Positions 49,567-59,892 are shown, numbered from the stretch's first letter. The stretch: 64,000 bases of DNA from Spirochaetia bacterium (GCA_963675665.1 OY776510.1:2592001-2656000), one strand, 5' to 3'. Made by a program: numbers and translations. Notes: a model not told the origin generated them from the sequence alone.

Positions 49567-52497
49567 ATGAGTTCAATTGAGTCTTTTAAATGCAGAAGAA
49601 GTCCATTGTTAGGCATGGTGCTTCGTCCATTTGGATATTCATATTTTGGAGCAGAGCAGACTTCTTCAGGTATAAACTTTCTTGGTAAGAAATGTAAGCA
49701 GGTTTTATTCTCAGAAATAACCGGCCCCGCAAAGTTCAAAAAGATTTTCTTCCTCACAATGGTAACTTTCCCGTTGAAATGTGGGGATTTGGTAAAAGTC
49801 GTCGGGTTAACTCAGAATGAGGCGGCCCGATTAATAACTATTTCTAATGCCGGATTATGTCAGTATGTTACCGAGCTATTTCTCGATGCAAAAAAGGAGC
49901 TTCAAACTCTTGCCAAAGCTATTGATCATCTGAAACACCCTCGCCACTATCCATCGGCTTGTTTGCTATCACCATTTCTATCCAGGGCAATAAAAGTTTC
50001 TGAAAAGTTCCCTGAGACGATTCCCAAAGGAGTATTAGAGCATAATCAGCAAAAATTATTAAATATTGTCTTAACGTTCCGGAATGCGCCAGAGAGTGTT
50101 AGAGATGCTGCAATTAAGACATTCATCGAAGAAGAATTGGCTGTGATGAATGATTTCTTTGATAAAATCGAGTCGAACCCTCTGTCGCCGGAACAACGTC
50201 GTGCCGTTATCACTGATGAGGATGCTACTCTTGTACTGGCTGGTGCCGGATCAGGAAAGACTACCGTAATTGTATCTAAAGCTGCTTACCTTATAGAGAA
50301 GGGGATTCGGTCACCTTCAGAAATCCTTCTGATGGCGTTTGGTAGAGATGCAGCTTCCGAGATGGCAAAGCGTATTCAGCAGCATACTGGAGCTTCTGTA
50401 AAATCCCTCACTTTTCACGCTCTCGGTCTCGAGATCATTCGGAAAGTCGAAGGAGTTGCGCCAGCTTTAGCGCCGCATGCTAATGATGATGCTCAGTTGC
50501 GAGTACTATTACGACAAATACTAATCAACGATATTGCCAGGCATCCAAAACTTGGAAGAGTTCTTTTAAAAACATTTTCTGAGTTTTACTGGCCATATAA
50601 GAGTGAATGGGATTTTAAGACAAGAGACGAATATTACCAGTATGTTGAAGCTAATGAACTGCGTACCCTGAAAGGTGAACTTGTCAAGAGTTTTGAGGAA
50701 TTAGAGATTGCGAACTGGCTTTATCTTAATGGTATTGCTTATGAATATGAACCAGATTATGAGTACGAGCTTCCGGAGAATGATCGACGTGCATACACTC
50801 CGGATTTTCGGTTGACAGAGAGTGGCGTATATATCGAACACTTTGGTGTTCGAAAAGCCAATGGACCAAAAGGTTCAACTTTTCTAACCACAGCGCCTTT
50901 TGTAGATCGTAAGAGATATCTTGAGGGTATGACATGGAAACGGAATATTCATAATAAATACGGCACAACTCTTATTGAAACCTACAGCTATGAGAGAATC
51001 GAAGATAGACTCACCGATGCTCTAAAAGAGAAACTCGCGCCTTATGTTACATTAAAACCAATACCTCCGGAACAAGTTTTATATACTCTGTTTGAAATGG
51101 GGCAGGTCGATAAATTTGTACAGTCTCTCGGAACATTCCTTCATCATTTTAAGAGTTCCGGAATGACGATCGAACAATGCCGGAAGAAATGTGTTGGTTC
51201 TGAAGATGCATCGCGCAGCTATGCTTTTATGGAAATTTTTGAACCGCTGTTTAACGCTTATCAGAGGCATTTAGGTAAAAGAATCGATTTTGAGGATATG
51301 ATAATCCAGGCAGCAGAGTATGTTGAATCAGGGCACTATCATAGCCCATATCGTCATCTAATCGTAGATGAGTTTCAGGACATCTCTACTGGGAGAACTC
51401 GTTTACTTCGTGCACTGAAGGGTCAACATGATGATGCACGCATTTTTGCGGTAGGGGATGATTGGCAATCTATCTATCGTTTTACAGGATCGGATATTCA
51501 TTTAATGCGTAACTTTGGGAATGAATTTGGAGGGACTTTCGCAGGTTCGAATGGTGTTCACTGCACAGTAGACTTAGGGCGTACATTTAGAAGTAATGAT
51601 AAGATTGCATTGCCTGCAAGGCGATTCGTTCTCCAGAATCCAGCACAAGTTGAAAAGAAAGTTTTATCAGCGAGTTTTTGTGATACTCCGAAGATCAAGG
51701 TTATGTATTATGTTCGCGCACAGGATGGTGAGGTCCTTAAAACAGCTTTAGAAGAGATTGGACGTAATAACACTGGCCACGCGAGTGTCCTCTTGCTCGG
51801 GCGCTATCATTTTATAAAACCGAATAATCTGGCTGAAATCCAGCAAAGTAATCCAAATATGTTCATCCGTTTCATGACGGTGCATGCATCAAAAGGATTA
51901 GAAGCAGATCACGTTGTGATTTTACACGCAACAACTGAGAAGATGGGGTTTCCTTCAGAGATAGTCGAAGATCCATTTCTTAACCTGGTTTTACCCCAAC
52001 CTGAACATTTTAAGCACGCTGAGGAGCGCAGACTCTTTTATGTTGCACTTACAAGAGCAAGAAAATCAGTAACTATACTCGCAGATCAAGAAAAGCCTTC
52101 GATTTTTGTTCGCGAATTGATAGAACAACCTGAATACGAAACGATAATACTTAGTGAATCGGAATTAGCTGTACATCGTTGCAGTGAATGTGGTGGGCAG
52201 ATGTTAGCTCAGGTCTCCAAGAATGAAAAATTATATTTTGCATGTGTGCATCGGTATCTTTGTGGGCATACGTTGTTACCTTGTAATGTTTGTAGTAAAG
52301 ATATCCCAGTAAGACAATCTGCAAATTCAGATAGGCTTGTTTGCAGCTGCGGCGCGGAATTTTTAGCTTGTCCTGAATGTCGTGATGGGTGGCTTGTTGA
52401 GCGAGTAGGGAAGTATGGAAAATTTTTAGGTTGTGTGAATTATCCAGAGTGTAAGGGCACACGGCCGATTATATTAGTTCAAGTGCCTTTAAAATAA
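49567..52497 (+). CDS. UvrD/HelD (helicase IV)-like SF1 helicase with an inserted nuclease-like domain and C-terminal Zn ribbons
   Basis: LAGAGSGKT, VDEFQD, VGDDWQSIYRF, TVHASKGLE, EERRLFYVALTRA; C-terminal CxxC pairs and FLGCVNYPEC. Confidence 0.88.
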   Translation: MSSIESFKCRRSPLLGMVLRPFGYSYFGAEQTSSGINFLGKKCKQVLFSEITGPAKFKKIFFLTMVTFPLKCGDLVKVVGLTQNEAARLITISNAGLCQYVTELFLDAKKELQTLAKAIDHLKHPRHYPSACLLSPFLSRAIKVSEKFPETIPKGVLEHNQQKLLNIVLTFRNAPESVRDAAIKTFIEEELAVMNDFFDKIESNPLSPEQRRAVITDEDATLVLAGAGSGKTTVIVSKAAYLIEKGIRSPSEILLMAFGRDAASEMAKRIQQHTGASVKSLTFHALGLEIIRKVEGVAPALAPHANDDAQLRVLLRQILINDIARHPKLGRVLLKTFSEFYWPYKSEWDFKTRDEYYQYVEANELRTLKGELVKSFEELEIANWLYLNGIAYEYEPDYEYELPENDRRAYTPDFRLTESGVYIEHFGVRKANGPKGSTFLTTAPFVDRKRYLEGMTWKRNIHNKYGTTLIETYSYERIEDRLTDALKEKLAPYVTLKPIPPEQVLYTLFEMGQVDKFVQSLGTFLHHFKSSGMTIEQCRKKCVGSEDASRSYAFMEIFEPLFNAYQRHLGKRIDFEDMIIQAAEYVESGHYHSPYRHLIVDEFQDISTGRTRLLRALKGQHDDARIFAVGDDWQSIYRFTGSDIHLMRNFGNEFGGTFAGSNGVHCTVDLGRTFRSNDKIALPARRFVLQNPAQVEKKVLSASFCDTPKIKVMYYVRAQDGEVLKTALEEIGRNNTGHASVLLLGRYHFIKPNNLAEIQQSNPNMFIRFMTVHASKGLEADHVVILHATTEKMGFPSEIVEDPFLNLVLPQPEHFKHAEERRLFYVALTRARKSVTILADQEKPSIFVRELIEQPEYETIILSESELAVHRCSECGGQMLAQVSKNEKLYFACVHRYLCGHTLLPCNVCSKDIPVRQSANSDRLVCSCGAEFLACPECRDGWLVERVGKYGKFLGCVNYPECKGTRPIILVQVPLK

Positions 52498-52606
52498 AAA
52501 TGATCATATTAAAAGAAAAAGGAGATTATAATGTATCATCCAAGTGAAAGATCAGTTTTAGATCATGCGTTTTATCTAATCCTTGTCTGCTTTGAACAGC
52601 CATTCT

Positions 52607-52930
52607 TCATGCGGCAGCATAGAGTTTTTTCCCTTGATGTATGATTTTAAAAATAAGGGTAGAAGGGTGTTCTTTTCTGTCTTCGATTTCGTTTTCTGTT
52701 AGGACAAGTAAATCAATAGGTATTCTTATTCCTTCTAAAGCTCTTAATCCGTCACGGATTCTATCTGCTTGTGATTTATCGGAATCTTTAAGAACTATGC
52801 ATAAATCAATATCACTGTCGTTTGACGGTGCGCCCCAGGCATAGGAGCCGTACAGGAATATCTCAATAGGCTGATATAAGTCGATGAGGCGTTTGGTTAT
52901 TTCGTCAAGATTTAATTCTTTGACTTCCAT
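52607..52930 (-). CDS. MNT nucleotidyltransferase with a truncated HEPN partner
   Basis: LYGSYAWG..DSDIDL; the overlapping downstream ORF MLPHEEWLFKADKD stops early. Confidence 0.85.
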   Translation of the reverse strand: MEVKELNLDEITKRLIDLYQPIEIFLYGSYAWGAPSNDSDIDLCIVLKDSDKSQADRIRDGLRALEGIRIPIDLLVLTENEIEDRKEHPSTLIFKIIHQGKKLYAAA

Positions 52931-53218
52931 AGGTTATATTAACTGTAGTATGATTGATAATCAAGGATAAAAACAATTGCGCCGGCATCATTAACTTACT
53001 TTTCTATGGGAATTATAAACACTACAATTTAGTTCATTACCGCAAGTCCCCCGGACTAAGACATTGCAATCATCAGGTAAGTTATTTAGAGTTGCCTGAT
53101 GGATTTAGCGAAACAAGTAAGAAACGAAATCAAAAATACATGAGCGGTCGACTATATTTCGGGAATTGCCTGTGTAGCGTGCAGTATAAGGATAAATATT
53201 GAATTTTATCAAGATTAT

Positions 53219-53236
53219 TGTTATACTTGTATAACA
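53219..53236. promoter_or_regulatory. Palindromic operator of the relBE-like operon
   Basis: TGTTATAC-TT-GTATAACA directly before the RBS. Confidence 0.6.
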
Positions 53237-53246
53237 GGAGGATCTT

Positions 53247-53459
53247 ATGATTGCAGTAAGACTTGAAGAAGATCTTGAAAAACGGTTGGAACATTTATCC
53301 CGGGAAACCGGTCGCAGTAAAAGTTATTATGTAAAGCAGGCTATTGAAAATTATCTCGATGACAGGGAAGACTATCTTTTGGCATTATCTGTTCTTGAGG
53401 CGGAAGAACCGGTTAAAAGCATCGAAGAAGTGAGGAAAGAGCTTGGGTTGGTCCGTTAA
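53247..53459 (+). CDS. RHH antitoxin (RelB-like)
   Basis: IAVRL..LEKRLEHLSRETGRSKSYYVKQAI. Confidence 0.88.
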   Translation: MIAVRLEEDLEKRLEHLSRETGRSKSYYVKQAIENYLDDREDYLLALSVLEAEEPVKSIEEVRKELGLVR

Positions 53460-53715
53460 ATTTTCAAACACAGCTGTTAAACAATTAAAAAAAATTGACA
53501 AAAAATGTCAGGCAAAAATACTTGATTTTCTTGAGGATGAAATAGCGAATGCAGATGATCCTAAAATAAAAGGAAAGATTCTAACCGGTGATAAAAAAGG
53601 ATTTTGGCGTTACCGCATCGGAAACTACAGAGTTATTTGTGATATACAACATAACGAATTGGTAATTCTTGCTCTTACTATCGGCCACAGAAAAAATGTA
53701 TACAAAGATAAATAA
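53443..53715 (+). CDS. RelE/ParE family toxin
   Basis: AVKQLKKID, GKILTG..GFWRYRIGNYRVI, IGHRKNVY. Confidence 0.9.
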   Translation: MGWSVKFSNTAVKQLKKIDKKCQAKILDFLEDEIANADDPKIKGKILTGDKKGFWRYRIGNYRVICDIQHNELVILALTIGHRKNVYKDK

Positions 53716-53792
53716 TCACTGTCCCGGAGTATATTGTACAATACAGGAATGCGAATGTGTCGGAATAAATACCGTTCTTAATCATCCGTGAT

Positions 53793-53860
53793 CATACCTA
53801 CGCCTACGGCTTCGGTGCTGCTAGTTTAAGTCAGACTATATGGTTTAACGCAGTCCGTGT
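53793..53860 (-). repeat. 68-bp element, inverted copy of 38131-38198
   Basis: 3 mismatches; flanked by ATCCGTG units at about 53784 and 53884. Confidence 0.9.
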
Positions 53861-54001
53861 GACCACATATCTTTTCCCGATATATCCGTGGTTATATGTC
53901 TCTCTTCTTTTATCAATAGTTGAAATCTGTGATATATTTTTGATGAAGATTTTGATAATATAAGCGGTAGAATATGGCAGATAGTGCAGGGAGCTGATTT
54001 G

Positions 54002-55498
54002 ATGAACTACGACGTAATTATTATTGGGGCCGGAATCATCGGCGGAGCTGTTGCGCGTGAGCTTTCACGGTACAATTTAAAAATACTTGCTCTTGAAAAA
54101 GAGCAGGATGTATGCTGCGGAATATCAAAGGCAAATACGGGCATAATACACTCTCCCGCTTTCATCACTCCCGGAACATTGAAGGCGAAAATGACGATAA
54201 GCGGTTTTTCCGCGTTTGATAAACTCAGTGATGAACTTGGGTTCCGTTATCAAAAGAAAGGCGCGCTGCTGCTGGCATATTCAGATGAAGAAAAAGATAC
54301 CCTGGAAAGATATATACAAAACGGAATTGAAAATTATTCACTTACAGACAGTTCTCCGCCGGAATACAGAATTCTGAGCGGTCGCGAACTAAGGGCTTTT
54401 GAACCGGAACTGAGTCCGGATGTTACAGCAGCGCTTTTTCTTCCTGATGTCGGGAGGATTATCCCGTATGAGTATGGAATCGCTCTCTGGGAGAATGCTG
54501 TGAAAAACGGTGTGGAGCTGAAACTCGGCGCGCGCGTAACAGGAATTTTAAAAGCGAAGACGGAGGGCTTATGGAGGGTGTCCGTTTCAGGCAGTGAATC
54601 ATTCAGTTCGGAATTTGTTGTTAACGCTGCCGGCCATGGAAGCAACAGGCTCGGTTTGTCCGCCGGGTTCGATGATTCCGGGATCCAGAAGGTCAAGGGA
54701 CAGTATATAATACTGGAGAAGAATACCGGCCCGGCTGTAAACCATATTCTGTTCCAGGTGCCGAAAAGGGGCATTCAGAACAAGGGTAAGGGAATCCTGG
54801 TAACCAGAACGGTATATGGAAATATTATGATCGGCCCGGACGCCCAATGGCAGAACGATGAAGATGATACTTCAACCGATCTTGAGGCGCTGTATGAGGT
54901 TATTGACGGCGCTCTTGAAAGCATTCCTGGACTTGATATATCCAAATGCATTAAAACCTTTGCAGGCGTCCGGCCGAAACCCTCAGGGGGAGATTTCATA
55001 ATTCAGGATATGGATAAGTTTATTCATCTGTGCGGGATTGAGTCTCCGGGTATTACATCATCACCCGCTATTGCCGTGGAGGTAGTGCAACGGCTTGAAG
55101 TCATGGGACTCAGTCTTGTTCCCGGCGCCGCATTTCAGCCACGTCGCAGGCCCATTGTAGAAACGGTTCTTGATTTGCCTCCGGACGAGGTTAAACGGCG
55201 CGTCGGGGTTCCGCATGGAGATCACGACAGGCTGATCTGCAGATGCGAGCAGGTCCCGGAACTGCGTATTATGGATGCGGCAAACCGGGGAATTCCGGTG
55301 CTGACCCTGGACGGAATTAAGCGCAGGACCCGCGCAGGGCAGGGACGCTGTCAGGGGGCATTTTGCGGCCCGCGGGTCAGAAGTATTCTATCGTCTGTCT
55401 ATGGGATACCGGAGGATGCTGTGTCGCAACGCGGTACGGAGCCCGAACCGGACAGGATTTCGGCACAGGACCTCAGAGCGGCTTTGCGGCGTCAATAA
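54002..55498 (+). CDS. FAD-dependent oxidoreductase with a BFD-like [2Fe-2S] domain (GlpA/L2HGDH-like)
   Basis: IIGAGIIG, SKANTGIIH, GIESPGITSSPA, ICRCE...RCQGAFC. Confidence 0.9.
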   Translation: MNYDVIIIGAGIIGGAVARELSRYNLKILALEKEQDVCCGISKANTGIIHSPAFITPGTLKAKMTISGFSAFDKLSDELGFRYQKKGALLLAYSDEEKDTLERYIQNGIENYSLTDSSPPEYRILSGRELRAFEPELSPDVTAALFLPDVGRIIPYEYGIALWENAVKNGVELKLGARVTGILKAKTEGLWRVSVSGSESFSSEFVVNAAGHGSNRLGLSAGFDDSGIQKVKGQYIILEKNTGPAVNHILFQVPKRGIQNKGKGILVTRTVYGNIMIGPDAQWQNDEDDTSTDLEALYEVIDGALESIPGLDISKCIKTFAGVRPKPSGGDFIIQDMDKFIHLCGIESPGITSSPAIAVEVVQRLEVMGLSLVPGAAFQPRRRPIVETVLDLPPDEVKRRVGVPHGDHDRLICRCEQVPELRIMDAANRGIPVLTLDGIKRRTRAGQGRCQGAFCGPRVRSILSSVYGIPEDAVSQRGTEPEPDRISAQDLRAALRRQ

Positions 55499-55542
55499 AA
55501 TACGGGCTGACTTCACATTTTTATACAAAATTGTATGTAGGG

Positions 55543-55572
55543 GGCTTCTAAAAACTGCAGTTTTTAGAAGCC
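55543..55572. terminator. Perfect hairpin downstream of the oxidoreductase
   Basis: GGCTTCTAAAAACTGCAGTTTTTAGAAGCC palindrome. Confidence 0.55.
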
Positions 55573-55901
55573 GACTTTAGATTTAGCATAACTGAGAGCA
55601 GTCATTTAATCGCTCAGTTTAAGTTACAAACAATTTTATGATCAACATGGTCCAGGAGCAGGGTAATTTACTGGGTAGCAAATAATTTTATCGGGGGATG
55701 GCCATTGATTCCGTTATCACTTTCATTATGTATTGGGGACTGGTAAAAAAGAGGCAACTAACAAAAAATTCTTGTCTGTTCGAACAGAGGGTTAATTGTA
55801 AAACAATGCAAAATATCCAAAATCCGGTAAAACTACTTTAAAATAATCCATTATTGGAGTATAATCCAAATATATAGGTAAATAACTGGAGTATAGTCTA
55901 A

Positions 55902-57113
55902 ATGTTAAATGCGTTTTTCTCAACTTACAGAAGGTTACTTGGAAATACTAATTACAGGCACCATAGATATATCTATAAGGAATTCAATACAGACAATCGT
56001 CTGACCGGTTTGATTGGGCCTCGTGGAACCGGCAAAACTACGCTTTTGTTGCAATACATCAATGAGAAGATTGATAATAAAGACGATTGTATCTATGTCT
56101 CGATTGATCATATCTACTTTTCACAGAACAGCTTACTGGATTTTATAAATGAATTATATGATGATTACGGAATAAGATATTTCTTTTTTGATGAGATTCA
56201 TAAATATCCGAACTGGAACCAGGAATTAAAAAACGCATATGACTCATATCCGGATATAAAGATAGTTTTCTCAGGCAGCTCCAGTATTGATTTGATAAAG
56301 GGAACCTATGATCTTTCCAGGCGGGGAGTTCTTTACCGAATAGGGGGTATGTCCTTCAGGGAGTATCTTCTTTTTAATAATATCCTTGATGTCGAAGCTG
56401 TAAGCCTGGAGCAGATATTGAATGAGAGGGTAAAGCTCGAAGAAAAAGTTTCAGGTATTAAAAGGATAAAAGGACATTTTAAGGATTATCTTGGAACGGG
56501 ATATTACCCGTTTTACATGGAGGATAAGGCTTCCTATAACCAGAAGATTTTAAGGATAATAGAAAAGGCTATTTTTGAAGATATTTCCAACTTTTATAAT
56601 CTTAAAACTGAAAATCTTTCAAATTTCAAAAGGATATTATCGTATTTGGCGACTATCCCTCCCGGAGAATTGAATAGAAACAGTATTTCGAGGAATATCG
56701 GGTTGGATAATAAAACAATACAGAACTACCTGAATATTCTAAAAGAAACCGGATTGATAGAATTGTTGAGAGAGAACAGATCAGGGAGCAATATTCTCAG
56801 GCAGACGGAAAAGATATATCTGGATAACCAGGATTTATATTCTGCAATAATACAAGAAATCGGATACGAATCTAAGGTAGGAACTATAAGGGAGATTTTC
56901 TTTATAAAGATGATTAAAAACTCCGGGCATAAGATTTTTTATGATAAAACGGGAGATTTCGAGGTTGATAATATTATATTCGAGATAGGCGGAAAGAATA
57001 AGAATCTGAAGCAGATTAAAGACAAGCTGGACAATGCATATCTGGTAAAAGATGATATTTTGGTTGGCAGTAAATACGAAATTCCGTTGTACCTGTTTGG
57101 GTTCCTGTACTAA
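55902..57113 (+). CDS. AAA_14 ATPase (DUF4143-type C-terminus)
   Basis: GPRGTGKTT, FDEIHKYPNW, SGSS, GYYPF and FEIGGKNK. Confidence 0.88.
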   Translation: MLNAFFSTYRRLLGNTNYRHHRYIYKEFNTDNRLTGLIGPRGTGKTTLLLQYINEKIDNKDDCIYVSIDHIYFSQNSLLDFINELYDDYGIRYFFFDEIHKYPNWNQELKNAYDSYPDIKIVFSGSSSIDLIKGTYDLSRRGVLYRIGGMSFREYLLFNNILDVEAVSLEQILNERVKLEEKVSGIKRIKGHFKDYLGTGYYPFYMEDKASYNQKILRIIEKAIFEDISNFYNLKTENLSNFKRILSYLATIPPGELNRNSISRNIGLDNKTIQNYLNILKETGLIELLRENRSGSNILRQTEKIYLDNQDLYSAIIQEIGYESKVGTIREIFFIKMIKNSGHKIFYDKTGDFEVDNIIFEIGGKNKNLKQIKDKLDNAYLVKDDILVGSKYEIPLYLFGFLY

Positions 57114-57272
57114 CGGTGATTATTATAAAGTTCACAACGTTACACAAATAACACGGATGTGTGCGGTACAGCGGAGCAGCGGTGCACGGACGAATTACCG
57201 GAAATATCACGTGATAGTAACAAGTGACGGTCTGCAAAGAGGAAGAAAAGAACGTGCAGCGAATGAAGAAAT

Positions 57273-57433
57273 GATGATCCTAAAATAAAAGGAAAGATTC
57301 TAACCGGTGATAAAAAAGGATTTTGGCGTTACCGCATCGGAAACTACAGAGTTATTTGTGATATACAACATAACGAATTGGTAATTCTTGCTCTTACTAT
57401 CGGCCACAGAAAAAATGCATACAAAGATAAATA
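57273..57433 (+). pseudogene. Near-identical duplicate of the relE 3' half (about 53554-53714)
   Basis: About 160 bp with one substitution seen (AATGTA vs AATGCA). Confidence 0.85.
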
Positions 57434-57573
57434 GTAGCTGTCCTGAATGCCGGAGTCGTAATCCCAAGAAGTTCGGCAGCTTTTGCTGCATTACCGCCGG
57501 TTTTCTTCATCGCTTCGCGATAATAGTGTGATTCGGTATTATTCAGCATTGAACGAAAATCAACGCCTCGTAT

Positions 57574-57912
57574 TTGGACAAAATCGTTAAAACATATTAT
57601 AAAGAGAGAAAAGGGATAATTGACGATGAGTTTTATACAGAGCCGGATGAATACTCAATCGATAGGTGTATAGATTATAGAAATATTAGACTGAATCAGG
57701 TAATTACTGCAGAAAAAAAGATCTTTGAATATGAATACGATTTCGGCGACGACTGGGAACACAGGATTGAACTTGAAAAAGTCCTGACAGAACATAACCA
57801 GCAATACCCAGACTGCGGAGGTCCTTTCGGTTATTCCGATCTATTGGAGATCATATCCGATAAAAAGCACGAAGAATACCGGGAGACTATTGAATGGCTG
57901 GGTGATAAATGA
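57574..57912 (+). pseudogene. Fragment of a pRiA4b ORF-3 family gene
   Basis: YEYDFGDDWEHRIELE and DCGG..GY motifs; N-terminus missing. Confidence 0.7.
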
Positions 57913-58041
57913 ATTGCTAATGGAAGAGGATTACGGTTGTCCGACTATAGATGATGACTATCTTTTATAGCCATTCTTCATGCGGCAGCATATAATTTTT
58001 TTCCTTGATGTATTATCTTAAAAATAAAAAAGGAGAAAGCT

Positions 58042-59892
58042 TTGCCCCGCGCAAAAAAGAACCCGAATGAAGGAAAGCTCAGGATTGGCGATGCCTGGAA
58101 TGCAATAACAATTATTGCATACTCCCAGAATAATCCTCTGAAGGCAATTGCCGAATTCGTTGAAAACTCAATTGATGCAAAGGCTTCGCATATAAAGATT
58201 ATCAGGGGGAAGCACAAGGGAGAGCATTATCTTAAGATAATCGATAACGGTCAGGGCATTGATGACTTCAAGTATGTTGCAACGCATATAGGCGATTCCA
58301 TTAAGCGAAAGCTTAAAAAGAGGGGCGAGAAAGGCTTGCAGGGTGAGTTCGGTATCGGCTTATTAAGTTTCTGGACCGTCGGCGAGCAGGCAATGCTTAC
58401 TTCAACAGGCAGTGAAGGCGTTACGCGAAGGCTGAATCTGGTTAAAGACAACCCCGGTTTTAATATAAGCAATGTAAACCAATTGTTTGAAAGTGAAACA
58501 GGAACCGAACTGCATATTACGCCTTTGTTATCAGGGATAAGGCAGCTGCACGGCGAAAAGATTCAGAACTATCTTGCGTCTGAACTTCGCGACCGGATTT
58601 CAAAAAGCGGTGTGGAGATCCGGATAATAGATAAAAGCGCCCGTAAGGAGTATGTCGTTGAACCGCGCAAGTTTACAGGCAGCCTTATTCATAACTTGCC
58701 TCAATGTAAGAATCCGCACGGTGAAATTTATTGCGAGCTGTATGTGAATGACCCTTCGCCGGATAATCACGTGGGCCTTTATAAGCACGGGACAAGAGTG
58801 ATAAAAGACATTACAGGGCTTGAGGCTTTTTCAAAGTCACCATGGAATTCCGAACTGCTTGAAGGCATAATCGACGTCACATTTCTGCAGCTTACACCCG
58901 GCACCCGCGACGGTGTAGTACTTGATGAGGCCTTCGTCAGCTTCGTTGCCTCTTTGGATACTATTACAGAGGATCTCTCAAAGGTTGTCGCAGCTTATAA
59001 ACGGGCTGAAGAAGAAACCGCAAGCAAGAGTATTCTTAGAAAGATAAGCCGTGCCATGAAGGAGGCTCTTTTATTTTTACCCACCGAAGAGTACAGCTGG
59101 CTTAACCTGCAGGGAAAAATAAAGACCAGGGTAGTGAAGTCTGAAAACGGAGAAATAGCGGGCGGTGAACCTGCCGGGGATGCTTCCGAAGGCCATCCGG
59201 ATTATATTGATGTCTCAGCAATTGAGTCCGAAGAAACCGACAGCATAATAATTCCGGAGATTTCCTCAGAACCTGTTGCTGAAAAGAACTTCTTTGATTT
59301 TCCGGGCCCGCTGTTTTCAGCAGTCATTTCACCATCATCTACAGTCATCCCGATAAATACATCAAAGACCTTCCAGCTGAAGGCCAGGGATAAAAAGCGC
59401 ACCCCGATAGAAGATGGTATTCAGGTTCAATGGGACCAGAAGGCTGAATTGGGTACATTTTCATCCAAAACAGGCGAGATAGTTGATTTTCAGGCCGGCA
59501 GTATACCCGGTGTTGAAGAGATAATTGCCTATGTTACACAGAATGATAAGACGGTTGAGTGTACAGCAGTTGTAACGATCACCGGTGAGCTGTTTGGAAA
59601 GGAAGAGGGTGAGGCTGTCGGCGGAAACAAGAAGGGGCTTCCGGGATATACCTTCAATCATTGCCCGGGCGAACTATGGCGCAGCCGCTATGATTCCGAA
59701 CGCGGCATAATAATTATAAACAGCGGTCATGCCGACTTTCTGTTCGCATCAAAATCAAATCCACGTAAATTGCGGTACATCACAAAGCTTTACGCAAAAG
59801 AGCTTGTTCTTGTAAATTTTCCTGAAGCGGATAGTGATAAGCTGCTTGAACGAATGATTGAACTGCAACTGTATACGGAAGAGAACCTGTAG
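58042..59892 (+). CDS. GHKL (HATPase_c_3/MORC-like) ATPase with an acidic linker and Ig-like domain
   Basis: AEFVENSIDA, IIDNGQG, GEFGIG and GTELHI; GGAG RBS before the TTG start. Confidence 0.8.
   Translation: MPRAKKNPNEGKLRIGDAWNAITIIAYSQNNPLKAIAEFVENSIDAKASHIKIIRGKHKGEHYLKIIDNGQGIDDFKYVATHIGDSIKRKLKKRGEKGLQGEFGIGLLSFWTVGEQAMLTSTGSEGVTRRLNLVKDNPGFNISNVNQLFESETGTELHITPLLSGIRQLHGEKIQNYLASELRDRISKSGVEIRIIDKSARKEYVVEPRKFTGSLIHNLPQCKNPHGEIYCELYVNDPSPDNHVGLYKHGTRVIKDITGLEAFSKSPWNSELLEGIIDVTFLQLTPGTRDGVVLDEAFVSFVASLDTITEDLSKVVAAYKRAEEETASKSILRKISRAMKEALLFLPTEEYSWLNLQGKIKTRVVKSENGEIAGGEPAGDASEGHPDYIDVSAIESEETDSIIIPEISSEPVAEKNFFDFPGPLFSAVISPSSTVIPINTSKTFQLKARDKKRTPIEDGIQVQWDQKAELGTFSSKTGEIVDFQAGSIPGVEEIIAYVTQNDKTVECTAVVTITGELFGKEEGEAVGGNKKGLPGYTFNHCPGELWRSRYDSERGIIIINSGHADFLFASKSNPRKLRYITKLYAKELVLVNFPEADSDKLLERMIELQLYTEENL

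Noticed and set aside
55501-55512. CGGGCTG as a possible attR of island 2
   Set aside because: A 7-bp match is expected by chance, and its orientation does not fit a tRNA 3'-end repeat.
57978-58217. 79-aa minus ORF ending IFKIIHQGKKLYAAA
   Set aside because: Only its last ~15 codons are a copy of the MNT gene end; the rest is antisense to the GHKL gene.
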